Assembly (NCBI GenBank): GCA_023230565.1
Contig: JALNXD010000016.1
Coordinates: forward strand, 973 to 64,972
From: Syntrophales bacterium
GTDB lineage: Bacteria > Desulfobacterota > Syntrophia > Syntrophales > UBA2210
Length of the DNA: 64,000 nucleotides
Reading direction: 5' to 3'
In this document: positions 28,996-39,500 of the stretch, one piece after another
Layout: every line of letters starts with the position of its first letter
How positions within the stretch are numbered: position 1 is the stretch's first letter
Notes under the pieces: model-generated
The model's database searches: none
Seen by the model: only the letters and a program-made list of their open reading frames with translations
What the model was told of the DNA's origin: nothing
Made by a program: the position numbers and the translations under genes

Positions 28996-29586
28996 CTACT
29001 TCTCTTTCACTTTTTTTCTCAGAATTTCCAGTAACTCTTCCGGCGTATCCCTGGCCAGGATCGATCTGAACTGACTGCGGTAATTCCTGATCAAACTTAC
29101 GTTTTCAATGATTACATCGTATATCTGCCATTTATCGTCAATTTTAATCATCCGGTAATCAATGGGCACTCGTCCTGAAGATGTAACTACCCTCGTCTGG
29201 ACTTCGGACTGATCTTCGTTCAAATTTCTTGTGCCGGTAAATTCGATTTTTTCATCCGTATAGGAAAGAATTTTGTCTATATAGGCTTTTTCCAGGACCT
29301 GCCGGAAGAGATTGACAAATTCTTTCTGCTGCGAAGGATTTAATTTTTCCCATCCTCTTCCCAGGCTTCGTCTTGAAAGTTCCCGTTCTGCGAACATGGT
29401 CGGATAAAGCTGTTCCAGTCGTTCCTGTTTGGCTTCCTTTCCAAGCTCCTTGTTCCCGAGAACTTCCATCACTTTGTTTACATATTCCTCTGCCGCTTCG
29501 TGCGGCGTGGCTGCATACAAAGGTGCATTCAGAATAAGGATCGTCACAAAAAAATAAAGATACCATATCCGGAAAAAAGTTTTCAT
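28996..29586 (-). CDS. mlaC: MlaC (Ttg2D) periplasmic lipid-binding protein
   Basis: Motif WQIYDVIIENVSLIRNYRSQF. The ATG at 29586 (MKTFF, signal peptide) avoids overlap with mlaD. Confidence 0.8.
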   Translation of the reverse strand: MKTFFRIWYLYFFVTILILNAPLYAATPHEAAEEYVNKVMEVLGNKELGKEAKQERLEQLYPTMFAERELSRRSLGRGWEKLNPSQQKEFVNLFRQVLEKAYIDKILSYTDEKIEFTGTRNLNEDQSEVQTRVVTSSGRVPIDYRMIKIDDKWQIYDVIIENVSLIRNYRSQFRSILARDTPEELLEILRKKVKEK

Positions 29587-29596
29587 CAGTTTGCCT

Positions 29597-30076
29597 CTAG
29601 TTGTCTTGCGGTGCAAGACCGCTATTGTTGTTGATTTCGCCGAACGCATACTTGCCTATCAGATCCACAATATCGATGGCCCCCTGGGTTTCGATAATGA
29701 ACCCGCCTGCTTCCAGTGGGGATTCTGCCCCTCCCGGATCAATGCTGATATATTTATCGCCAATCAGTCCTTCCGTTTTTATGGAAGCAATGGCGTCTTC
29801 ATAAATTGTCACTCCCTTTGTAATTCTCAGTTCCACAATGGCCTGCTGGGTTTCCTGGTCAATTGAAAGCGCTTCAATTTTTCCTATTTCTATTCCGAAC
29901 ATATCGACAGACCCCCCGGACCTGAGTCCCGAAACATTCGAAAAACGGGCAAAAAGCGGATAGGCTTCTCTTCCGAAAAAAGAGACGTTTCCAAGAGTAA
30001 CCGCCATGTAGGCAATGAGACATATTCCGATTGCCACAAATATGCCGACTATTGTTTCAACTTGATATTTTTTCAT
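29597..30076 (-). CDS. mlaD: MlaD (MCE-domain) protein
   Basis: N-terminal TM helix followed by an MCE domain (FSNVSGLRSGGSVDMFGIEIGKI). Confidence 0.85.
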   Translation of the reverse strand: MKKYQVETIVGIFVAIGICLIAYMAVTLGNVSFFGREAYPLFARFSNVSGLRSGGSVDMFGIEIGKIEALSIDQETQQAIVELRITKGVTIYEDAIASIKTEGLIGDKYISIDPGGAESPLEAGGFIIETQGAIDIVDLIGKYAFGEINNNSGLAPQDN

Positions 30077-31325
30077 TTCCAGCCTCTGACTTTCCGAATC
30101 GGAGTCGTGCTATTTCCCTGATGTTATTTCGCGCCGAATTTACTACAGCATCTATTGTAGTATCCTGCTGCCCTTGTTCAAGTCCTGCCATAACGATAAG
30201 GGTAAAGCCGTCTTCGAACGAGGGTTGCTCCTGGGTCATTTCACAGATATCCCGAACTCCCCGATTCTGGATATCTTCTACGAAATTGTTCAAGATTTCT
30301 TCTGCTTCTGCCAGGTCGGAATAGGGTAGCATAGTGACAAACTCATTTGTTCCATACCTGTTTGAAAATCCTCCGGCAGATCCGAAATGGTCATCAATAT
30401 ACCGTCCCATGCATCGTATCATCACTTGAACTGTCTCATGACCGAAATGTTCGCTGAGCAGTTCCAGATCCAGTATCGAAAACACCGCAATGACATAAGG
30501 TTCCTGAAAAGGCTTTCGCTTCAGTTCATTATAATAGCGTATTTTAAACTGCCGTCGCGAATAAAGGCCTGTCAACTCCTCTTTTAAACCTTCAAGGCTG
30601 TGGATGACCTCTTCTTTGAATGGATGCTCGAAATCTTCCAATTCCTCCGGTGTTCCCTGAAACACGATCTTATGGTCGTAAAGCGCCAGGATTCGGTTGG
30701 AAATAAAATACACATCAGGAATTGCATGGCTGACCATAATGGCGGTAAAGCCGAATTTCCTCTGGTATTCGGCTATCATGCTCAATATTATGTTTTTTCT
30801 TACCGGATCCTGGCCGGTCGTCGGCTCGTCGAAGAGAACGATTTTCGGGTCCGTCACTAATGCCCTGGCCAGAGCAACCCGCTTCTGCATTCCACCCGAG
30901 AGTTCCGAAGGATATTTTTCCGCCGCGTCAATCAGTTCCGACTGCTCGATCCTGGCCATTACCCTCCTGTTAATTTCTTTTTTCTTGAGTCTTGTCTTTT
31001 CTACAAGGGGAAGCGCAATATTGTCATAGACGGTCATGGAATCGAAAAGAGCATTGCCCTGGAACATATAACTTATCTGGGCGTAATAATTTGACATTTC
31101 ACTTTTGTCCAGTTCGGACAACGCTTTGCCCTTATACAATATTTCTCCTTCGTCAGGCTTAAGAAGACCGATAATATGTTTCAGAAGCACACTTTTGCCC
31201 GATCCGCTGAGACCTATTATTGTTGTTGCCTCCGCCTCATAGATTTGAAGAGTAATGCGGTCGAGCACGGTCAGCGATCCGAATCGCTTACTCACGTTTC
31301 TGAATTCAATTAAGGGTGCCGTCAT
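30057..31325 (-). CDS. mlaF: MlaF-type ABC ATPase fused to a C-terminal degenerate GGDEF domain
   Basis: Walker A GLSGSGKS, signature LSGGMQKR, Walker B VLFDEPT. From about aa 255 the sequence reads LTGLYSRRQF...GH...RYGTNEF, with GTNEF in place of GGDEF. Confidence 0.85.
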   Translation of the reverse strand: MTAPLIEFRNVSKRFGSLTVLDRITLQIYEAEATTIIGLSGSGKSVLLKHIIGLLKPDEGEILYKGKALSELDKSEMSNYYAQISYMFQGNALFDSMTVYDNIALPLVEKTRLKKKEINRRVMARIEQSELIDAAEKYPSELSGGMQKRVALARALVTDPKIVLFDEPTTGQDPVRKNIILSMIAEYQRKFGFTAIMVSHAIPDVYFISNRILALYDHKIVFQGTPEELEDFEHPFKEEVIHSLEGLKEELTGLYSRRQFKIRYYNELKRKPFQEPYVIAVFSILDLELLSEHFGHETVQVMIRCMGRYIDDHFGSAGGFSNRYGTNEFVTMLPYSDLAEAEEILNNFVEDIQNRGVRDICEMTQEQPSFEDGFTLIVMAGLEQGQQDTTIDAVVNSARNNIREIARLRFGKSEAGNEKISS

Positions 31326-31388
31326 AGCTATAAAAATATAATTTCTGTTCCATCTGAATAAAAATCTTCATAAAAGATGCCGCAGTAT

Positions 31389-32234
31389 TTATAAAAGCAA
31401 TGAAGTGACAATGTAATCGGAAACCAAAACGAGCACGCTTGAGAGTACCACTGCAGAAGTCGTTGCGTATCCGACAGCTTTGGCTCCATGGCTTTCCTTG
31501 CGCATATGCGCAAAATAGCCCTGGAAACATGAGATCATTGAAACAATCACTGCAAATACAATGGCTTTTATAAAGCCATCTGTAATATCTTTCATTTCAA
31601 CACTTGACTGGACCCGGTAATAATATGTTCCTGCATTTACTCCTAGAAGTACGACACCGGAAAGATAACCTCCTAATATTCCTATCAGATCGAAGATAGC
31701 CGTCAAAAGAGGAAAACTGATAAGGGATGCCATTATTCTCGGACTTACAAGGAACCGTACAGGGTCGATCTGCATGGTATACAGCGCATCAATTTGTTCC
31801 GAGATCCTGAGAATCCCTATTTCCGCCGTAATTGCCGAGCCGGCTCTGGCCGTGATCATCAGTGCGGTCAATACCGGTCCCAGTTCACGAATCAGAGAAA
31901 GGGCGACGAGGGTCCCCAAAGCTCCCTCTGCTCCGAATTTGACAAGAGCATAGTACGACTGAAGGCCAAGAACCATGCCGGTGAAAAGGCCCACCAGAAT
32001 TACGATAGTAACGGAGCGGGCGCCTATGAAATACACTTGCTGAATGATCTTGGGTAACTGTTTGGGATGAAAAATTTTTATAAATGCCAGCAGAAGAAAA
32101 ACAGCCGCAGCTCCCAGATCATTTATTATATTGATAACACCTCTACCGAATGCTGCAAAAGGATTAGCCAACTTCAGCAACAGTGTTGTCTGGGCTTTCC
32201 CGGTGCGCTCCTTTTTTTCGGTAACAGAGGTCAT
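31389..32234 (-). CDS. mlaE: MlaE ABC permease
   Basis: LVALSLIRELGPVLTALMITARAGSAITAEIG matches the MlaE core. The start is uncertain: ATG at 32234 (GGAG 6 nt upstream), ATG at 32246, or the track TTG at 32300. Confidence 0.85.
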   Translation of the reverse strand: MTSVTEKKERTGKAQTTLLLKLANPFAAFGRGVINIINDLGAAAVFLLLAFIKIFHPKQLPKIIQQVYFIGARSVTIVILVGLFTGMVLGLQSYYALVKFGAEGALGTLVALSLIRELGPVLTALMITARAGSAITAEIGILRISEQIDALYTMQIDPVRFLVSPRIMASLISFPLLTAIFDLIGILGGYLSGVVLLGVNAGTYYYRVQSSVEMKDITDGFIKAIVFAVIVSMISCFQGYFAHMRKESHGAKAVGYATTSAVVLSSVLVLVSDYIVTSLLL

Positions 32235-32540
32235 AACAATCTCCATGAGTGCGTTCTTTTCTGCGGCCTGCAAATAGATACTGTAGGCGAGTAGTGGCAA
32301 GTGAGAAAATAAATAGATGTCTCACGTTCCGCAGGCATGCCAACTGATAACAGGATAATCGGTCATGTGCCCCGTACACTTTACTGCCGGTGCAGCGGTT
32401 AAATTAATTTCTCTAAATATCACAGCGTTTTATGGCGGTAAAGAAAAAACATATTCATGAAATCAGTTACACATATTCATTATACCAGTTCGATTTAATC
32501 TTACACATCGTTTTTTCTTTTCAGGGGGCATGTTCGAAGA

Positions 32541-32996
32541 CTATCCGGTTCTTCGACCTCCGCCTCCACCCATACCTCTTCCACCTCCTCTTCCTCCGCC
32601 CATACCTCTGCCTCCCCCCATTCCTTTTCCGCCGCCCATGCCGAAATGATCCTGAACATTTGGAGCTGAGGCGGCATTCAGTGTTCCGGCCTTATATGAC
32701 TCGACAGCGCTTCGCACCCGGCCGGCGACACCTGGAATGACCTGAATCCCGGCCGCACCGAAGGTCTTAAAAGCATTTGGGCCGCAATTACCGGTCAATA
32801 TTATTTTGACATCTTTTTCTGCCATCAGCGTGGCCGATTGAATCCCGGCTCCTCCGCCTGCTGCAATATTGGGATTTGGCACAGGTTCAAAATCCAAAGT
32901 ATCGGGATCGATAATTAAAAAATATGCGGACCGCCCGAAACGGGTCTCGACATTATCATCAAGTGTCGGTCCGGTGGATGTGACTGCTATTTTCAT
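32541..32996 (-). CDS. NifB/NifX-family (dinitrogenase FeMo-cofactor-binding-like) protein with Gly/Arg-rich tail
   Basis: MKIAVTS...ETRFGRSAYFLIID...GNCGPNAFKTFGAAGIQV. The tail is GGGKGMGGGRGMGGGRGGGRGMGGGGGRRTG. The ATG at 32996 has GAGG upstream. Confidence 0.75.
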   Translation of the reverse strand: MKIAVTSTGPTLDDNVETRFGRSAYFLIIDPDTLDFEPVPNPNIAAGGGAGIQSATLMAEKDVKIILTGNCGPNAFKTFGAAGIQVIPGVAGRVRSAVESYKAGTLNAASAPNVQDHFGMGGGKGMGGGRGMGGGRGGGRGMGGGGGRRTG

Positions 32997-33027
32997 AATC
33001 GATACCTCGTCTTTCATTTACGTTAAA

Positions 33028-34476
33028 TTATTTCTCGTGCCGGAGGTTCTCATGGTACCGGCATAAATTAGCTGCAGCCTTTATTGCCGCATCCAGCGCG
33101 GGATATACCGGGAAACCTGCAGCTGTGAAAGAATTTTTCAACATGAGATTGTAGCATCTGTCTTCATCATCTTCAAGGTAGGGGTCCAGAGAAATTACGA
33201 TCATAACCGGTTTGCCTTCCTTTTGACGAGCTTTTACACATCCCTCTATCATCAATGAAAGAAGGCGTTTCATATGGACCTCTACATCCTTTCCCAGTAT
33301 GCGCCTGAAATAGCGAAACTGGTCGAACTGGAAAACGACTGTGTGGATACTGCGGTCGGAAGCGACTGTTTGAATGATGTCGGAGATATTATTTTCCGGC
33401 CCCACGTTATAATATATAGGCCAGGCATCGAGCGGATTATGAATTCCGGTTCCCGCTTGTGGAACAAGCTTTCCAAGGGCTTCGGTAGTTTCCCGGGAAA
33501 AAGGCGGTATCTTGATCCCCGCTTTCATACACATATCTGTCTGAATAACGCTGAAGCCGCCGGAATTCGTTATGAGGGCTGTTGAGCGTCCGGAGGGAAG
33601 GGGCGAGGTAGAAAAAGCCATAAGGGTATTTGACATTTCGTCAAAATTATCGACCTGCAGAACCCCGCATTGAGTAAAGATGCCTCTCCAGATATCGGGA
33701 GAACCGGCCAGTGCCGCCGTATGAGAGGCGGCAGCTCTCATACCCTGGGAAGTCATGCCGCCTTTAATTGCGATAACGGGCTTTTTCCCCGCTGCTCGGG
33801 ACAGTGCCTTGATCAGGCGTGAGCCGTTTTTTGTGCCTTCTATATACACCGCAATAATATGAGTATCGGTATCATCTGCCAAAAATTCAAGGAAATCGGA
33901 ACCATCAAGGTCAGCGGCATTGCCGTAACTGATTATTTTACTGAATCTGAGATTTTTCGTCCTTGCAAAAAATGAAAAGGATTCAGCAATACTCCCGCTT
34001 TGGGCGACAACGCCGATGTGCCCCTCCTCGGCGGGCGATTCCGGCACTATGGCCAGACCCGATTTCGGGCAGTAGACGCCGAAACAGTTGGGGCCGATCA
34101 GCCTTATCTTTCCTGCGGCCATTTTCTTCAATTCCTCTTCCTGCTTTGCTCGTTCCGGGATGCCTGTCTCACTGAATCCAGCCGTAAAAATCTGTGCTGC
34201 CTTGACCTTTTTGCAAATGCATTCCTCCAGCACCTGAGGCAGAAGGGAAGCGGGCACGCTGATAATAACGTAATCTATTTCAACTTTTATATCGGAAATG
34301 CGCGGATAGCATTTGTGACCAAGGATCTCTTCATATTTGGGATTGACAAGATAAAGACGTTCGCGGATTTTCGTTTTTATTTGCGCCCGTGTCGCAAGAT
34401 CTGAAGGTGATGCCCCGATTATTGCTACGTTTCTCGGATTGAAGATGTAGTTGAACAACTTGTCGCCGGTTTCCAT
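33028..34476 (-). CDS. CoA-binding protein / ADP-forming acyl-CoA synthetase alpha-type subunit
   Basis: CoA-binding NPRNVAIIGAS...YPRISDI, and a succinyl-CoA-ligase-like flavodoxin domain with SHTAALAG. Confidence 0.75.
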   Translation of the reverse strand: METGDKLFNYIFNPRNVAIIGASPSDLATRAQIKTKIRERLYLVNPKYEEILGHKCYPRISDIKVEIDYVIISVPASLLPQVLEECICKKVKAAQIFTAGFSETGIPERAKQEEELKKMAAGKIRLIGPNCFGVYCPKSGLAIVPESPAEEGHIGVVAQSGSIAESFSFFARTKNLRFSKIISYGNAADLDGSDFLEFLADDTDTHIIAVYIEGTKNGSRLIKALSRAAGKKPVIAIKGGMTSQGMRAAASHTAALAGSPDIWRGIFTQCGVLQVDNFDEMSNTLMAFSTSPLPSGRSTALITNSGGFSVIQTDMCMKAGIKIPPFSRETTEALGKLVPQAGTGIHNPLDAWPIYYNVGPENNISDIIQTVASDRSIHTVVFQFDQFRYFRRILGKDVEVHMKRLLSLMIEGCVKARQKEGKPVMIVISLDPYLEDDEDRCYNLMLKNSFTAAGFPVYPALDAAIKAAANLCRYHENLRHEK

Positions 34477-34742
34477 AATGCCTCCTGATGATAAATGCGA
34501 ATCGTTTTATCACAATTCGATTTATTATATGAAGATAAAATATCTGAAAAGATCGGTACGTATGAATGACCATATAAAAGTATCATGGGTTCTGGCACGA
34601 ACCGGTGGACAGAATCCATCAGGTGGGGCCATATTGTCCGCGTTTACGCAAAGAATGGCTTCCCCCGGTTTCATGAAAAGAAAATTTGCTTGACAAATGA
34701 AGCGGCGAATCATACTGACACAGAGACATACCGGAAAGGAGG

Positions 34743-35906
34743 GTGCATATGTTTAATTTCAAATATCAAAATCCCACCAAGATCATATTTGGCAAGGGGT
34801 GCATTGAAAGTATCAGAAAGGAAATCCCCCCGGGATCGAAGGTCCTGATTACCTACGGCGGAGGCAGCATCAAAAAAAACGGTGTCTTTGACGAAGTGAA
34901 GGCCGCTCTCGAAGGATATGAAGTGCTAGAGTTCGGGGGGATAGAACCGAATCCGACCTATGAAACGCTGATGAAGTGCGTCGAACTTGTGCGCGCTACG
35001 AAGGCCGATTATCTTCTCGCTGTTGGTGGCGGGTCGGTGATTGACGGGACGAAATTCATTGCAGCGGCCGTGTATTACGAGGGGGAGCCCTGGGAGATTC
35101 TGGAAAAATTCGGTGCCGGGATCGCACGTGCAGTGCCTTTCGGAACAGTTCTGACTCTTCCCGCCACGGGTTCCGAGATGAACAACGGCGCGGTGATCAC
35201 CCGAAAATCGTTAAAGGCAAAGCTCCCCTTTGCCAGCCCCTTCGTTTTCCCCAAATTTTCAGTCCTTGATCCGACAAAGACCTACACACTGCCGCCAAGG
35301 CAAATCGGCAACGGTATCGTCGACACTTTTGTCCATATCATGGAGCAATATCTCACTTTTCCGGTGAACGCAAAGGTGCAGGACCGCTTTGCCGAGGGAT
35401 TGCTCATGACGCTGATCGAAGAGGGTCCCAAGGCGCTTCAGACGCCTGAGGATTACGATGTCAGGTCCAATCTGATGTGGTGCGCTACGCTGGGGCTCAA
35501 CGGACTCATCTCCGTGGGTGTGCCCCAGGATTGGGCAACCCACATGGTGGGTCATGAAATTACAGCCCTCTACGGTCTGGATCACGGACAAACCCTGGCC
35601 GTCGTTTTTCCGCCCATGTTGAAAGTGCGTAAAGAAGAGAAGCGGGAGAAGCTTTTGCAGTATGCGGAACGAGTCTGGGGACTTAAAGATGGGGATGAAG
35701 AAACACGGATCGATCAGGCCATCGAAAAAACGCGTGAATTATTCGAAAGTGTGCACGTGAAGACCCGCCTGTGCGAGTATGGAATCAACGACGACTGTAT
35801 CCCTCTGGTAGTGGAGCAATTGGAGAAACACGGTATGATCAAACTCGGCGAGCGGAGGGATGTGACTCCCGATAAAGTAAGGAACATCCTTGAATTGTGC
35901 CTGTAG
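34743..35906 (+). CDS. Iron-containing (group III) alcohol dehydrogenase, YqhD-like
   Basis: F.YQNPTKIIFGKG, GGGSVIDGTKFIA, and metal-ligand His residues (HMVGHEITALYGLDHG). Confidence 0.85.
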   Translation: MHMFNFKYQNPTKIIFGKGCIESIRKEIPPGSKVLITYGGGSIKKNGVFDEVKAALEGYEVLEFGGIEPNPTYETLMKCVELVRATKADYLLAVGGGSVIDGTKFIAAAVYYEGEPWEILEKFGAGIARAVPFGTVLTLPATGSEMNNGAVITRKSLKAKLPFASPFVFPKFSVLDPTKTYTLPPRQIGNGIVDTFVHIMEQYLTFPVNAKVQDRFAEGLLMTLIEEGPKALQTPEDYDVRSNLMWCATLGLNGLISVGVPQDWATHMVGHEITALYGLDHGQTLAVVFPPMLKVRKEEKREKLLQYAERVWGLKDGDEETRIDQAIEKTRELFESVHVKTRLCEYGINDDCIPLVVEQLEKHGMIKLGERRDVTPDKVRNILELCL

Positions 35907-35922
35907 AAGTAGTGAAAGCGAA

Positions 35923-36300
35923 TCATGAAACAGGGGAATCCTCGGGCTCTTTCTTGTACCTCCGGCCGCGATGATATTGCGGGCACAATTCCGACGTTCC
36001 CGGCTGATATTCCCGGCAGACAAGAGGCCTTGTTTCATATATGGAGCATCGCCAGTGCCCTCCCTCTCTTTCCAGGAAAGGACACGTCTGCGGGGACATG
36101 CCTGTTCTGGTTGATATCAGCCTGTCTCCCGCCCACAAAAGATGGCGATTCTCGATAATATGTAAAATATCCTGCCTGTGTTCGGATCGCCAGCGCTCAA
36201 AATCACTTTCCCGCGCGTAGGCGGTCAAGTCGACGAAGCAGCACTTGCCGCAACGCAGGCACGCAAGTGGTTCTTTCCTTTTTTCTATATCTGTTTTCAT
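35923..36300 (-). CDS. YkgJ-family cysteine-cluster (CxxCxxCC) protein
   Basis: CLRCGKCCF, CPFL, CSIYETRPLVCREY. Confidence 0.75.
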   Translation of the reverse strand: MKTDIEKRKEPLACLRCGKCCFVDLTAYARESDFERWRSEHRQDILHIIENRHLLWAGDRLISTRTGMSPQTCPFLEREGGHWRCSIYETRPLVCREYQPGTSELCPQYHRGRRYKKEPEDSPVS

Positions 36301-36527
36301 ATCTTGACACCTTGTTCACAATTTGCCATATTCATGCATATTTTTCACTTTCCTTTTAAGAGAAATTTTTCTTTCCTCTGAAGACATTTTCCTCCAACTG
36401 TCTTCAGTAAACTATATTCACACAATTAGAAAGGATAAATCCTGCCGGCTGGCTATTAAAAGGGTTGAACATCTGCTTCGTGCCCCTGAAATTGCTGTTT
36501 GAAGAAAAAAAGGAGAAATCTGCCAGT

Positions 36528-39500
36528 ATGAGAACTCACTTAAAAAGACTCAGCTTTTCCTATATTCTTTCTTCCCTTTTTTTATTTATACTTGCCGGTA
36601 CGGCGCTTCAGATTCCGGTCGAATCCATTGCCGCGGAGGCGGCCGAACTCAGGGGCATGATCACCGACCAGGCGACGAAGCTTCCCATAGACGCGGTCCA
36701 GGTTACGGTGCATACAACAGAGCGCTCCTACACCGCCAGAACCGACGGTTTCGGCATGTACGCCATCGAAGGAATAGAACCGGGAAGTTATACGATTGAA
36801 GCGAACCACCCGGGCTATCATTCGGCGAGCGACACTGATTTTTCTGTTGTTGCCGGCGGGCGCTATCAGTGGCACAAGGAACTGACCCTCAAGGAGCCCT
36901 TTTTCGACATCTTCGTGGAAGTCGCCTGTGTGACGACGGGAATGAAGCTTGCCAATGTGCCGGTCAGGATCACGGGCACTCCCTCGGGCAGCGGGACCGC
37001 CGTCGACAGATCGGGCAAGACGGACAGCCTCGGCTTCATCCAGTTCGCCGGACTCCCCCCGGGATTTTATAATTTTTCCATAAACGAGGGTCTTGAAAGT
37101 AAACCCGGCTGGGAATCCTATTCGGAGCAGATAAGCAAGGAACTGACCAGCCCCCACTGGGCCGACGTGCTGTTGAAGCCCGATACCAGCTATATCGTCG
37201 CTTCGGTCTACGGATTCAATCCGGTGACCGAGGAGGAGAATGTGCCCCTCGAAGGCATCATTGTCGAATGCGAAGGGGTTCATCCCGAAGACCCGGATAT
37301 CGTCCTCGTCCCCGCCCGGATCGGGGTAAGCGGCATTCGCAAGGAGAACGAGCCGTACTGGGATAACACCATGGCCGGCAAGGTCCGCTTCACCGGTCTG
37401 CCTCCCGTCCACTGGAATGTTCAGGGGAAACGCCTCGGCTACAACGTGAAGACGGCGCTGGTGACTGCCCTGCCGCAGGAGAACCTGCGCATCGATATGA
37501 CCCTCCAGAATACGGCGCTCACCGTGGTCGTGGACACACCGTACCACGATCCCGAAATGCTTGACGGACTCGAAGTGCGCCTGCAGGGTCTGAAGGACAG
37601 CAACACCGCGGGTATCGACCGCGTCCGTGCCGTGATCTATGAGGCGGACAATAACCGGGCCGTGGCGATCTTCGACAAGATCCTGCCGGGAAACTACCTC
37701 GCCACGGTCAATGACACCGTAGAGCGCCATGTGCCCATTCTGATCGAGGGGAACGACATCAACGCAGAAACCGCATATTCCTACAGCACATTTTCGGTCA
37801 CTCTCGCCGCCGCGGACTATCTGGACGCCGTTGCCGATGTAAACCGCGAAACGACCCTGTTCTGCACCCCCGAACCCGTGACGTTCACCGCAAGGCTTAT
37901 GCTGGCCGATGAGCTGGCAAGTCACGATTTCGATTTCTTCAGGGCCGCCCAGCCGGCGTACTACCCCGGCGCCAACAAGATTCTGGAGATCCGGGCTTCC
38001 GAGTATTACGCCCAGCATATGCCGGAAGAATATCGGCTGATCGAAGTGCAGACAAACGAAATCGGGGAATTCACCCTTTCTCTGGTCCCCGGCATGTACG
38101 GCATTACGGCGCCGGGTCTCGCCGATTACTGGGGCGACTGTTTTGTGGGGGAAGATCTTGATTCCGGCAGCTACATAAGCATGATGTGGCCTTATTACCA
38201 GGTCTGGCCCCACAGCCTGAAATCCGCCCAGTCTTTTCAAAAAGCCCAGATGATGGGGAGAATCACCAGCATCGGCGGCGTGGCCCTTTCTTCCGGTCGG
38301 CGCATCGCGGGCACCCTCTACGCCCTTAAAAACAGATGCGCCGTCGAAGCGGTGGTGGAACCGCCGCTGGTGTGGAAGAGTCCGACGGAGCACCAGGTGG
38401 TGGCCCTTGACCGCAGCCAGGCCGAATCGGAGGGAAGCGTCATGATGCCCGAGGTACGCTATGATACACTCTATGCGGAAATGGCCGACGGCGGCTCCAT
38501 CACCCTGTCCGGGCCGGTCACCCGGACCGAGGCCCTGGAAAACCGGAAAGGAATGGCGCGGCGGGTGATCGAAGGCCTCCCGGCGGGCGCCTACACCATG
38601 GCGCTCAGTCATCCCCGCTATGCCCATCTGGCTGCGGTATACGCCGCTGCCTATCCCTATGAATTCACCTTCGCCGATTTCCCCGCTCCCGGTCTTGTCC
38701 CCGAGGCGCCCTTCCCTGAGAATTACGACTACTGGAAGTCCGTCTTTCCCATGGGGGTGCTGAACCTGAAAGGGATCATGCAGGCGACCAATTACGGAAC
38801 GGCCAAAGTCGAGATCTACTCCTGGCAGCAGGTGGATCAAGATGTCTATGAGTATGTGTATTACAGTGAAGCTATACCCCAGTTCATCCGCCCGGACTAT
38901 GCGGGAGGCGGCATCTTCTATTACAGGCAAGACTGGCGGGCAGGAACGCCGAACACCCCCTACGAGATGTGGCTCTATGTAGACAACGGGTATTTCGATG
39001 ACAGCAACGAACACTGGTATCACTTCACCAGCAGCGGCGGCACTCTTGAAGCGAGAATCAATATCGGCGGGCCGGCCCCCACGCCGGGCGTCGATCCTCT
39101 CGCTGTTTCCCATGATATCCTGGTCGAGACCAGAGATGCGGTGGACGGCTCCGCAATCGACAACATCCAGGTATCCTGGTTCGATAAAGGCCCCTGGGAG
39201 GAAGACCGGACCCAGATCACCACCACCGGCGGCGCCTGGGTGACCGATCTGACCTCACCGCTGGAATTTTATGATATAGCCGCAGAGCATACAAACTGGC
39301 GCTACAACGGCTACCGGCTGGAAACTGTTGACATCACGGGCGGGAAGCTGAGATTCAAGATGGTTGTCAATATGATACGGGGCATCGCCCTCAGAGGCGC
39401 GGTAAAGAGCGCCGCCTCGGGGAATCCCGTCGAGGGGGCCGAAATCCGCCTCTGGAACCGCTACGGCCGTTTCTGTGAGCGGGGCGATCCCACCGGCGCC

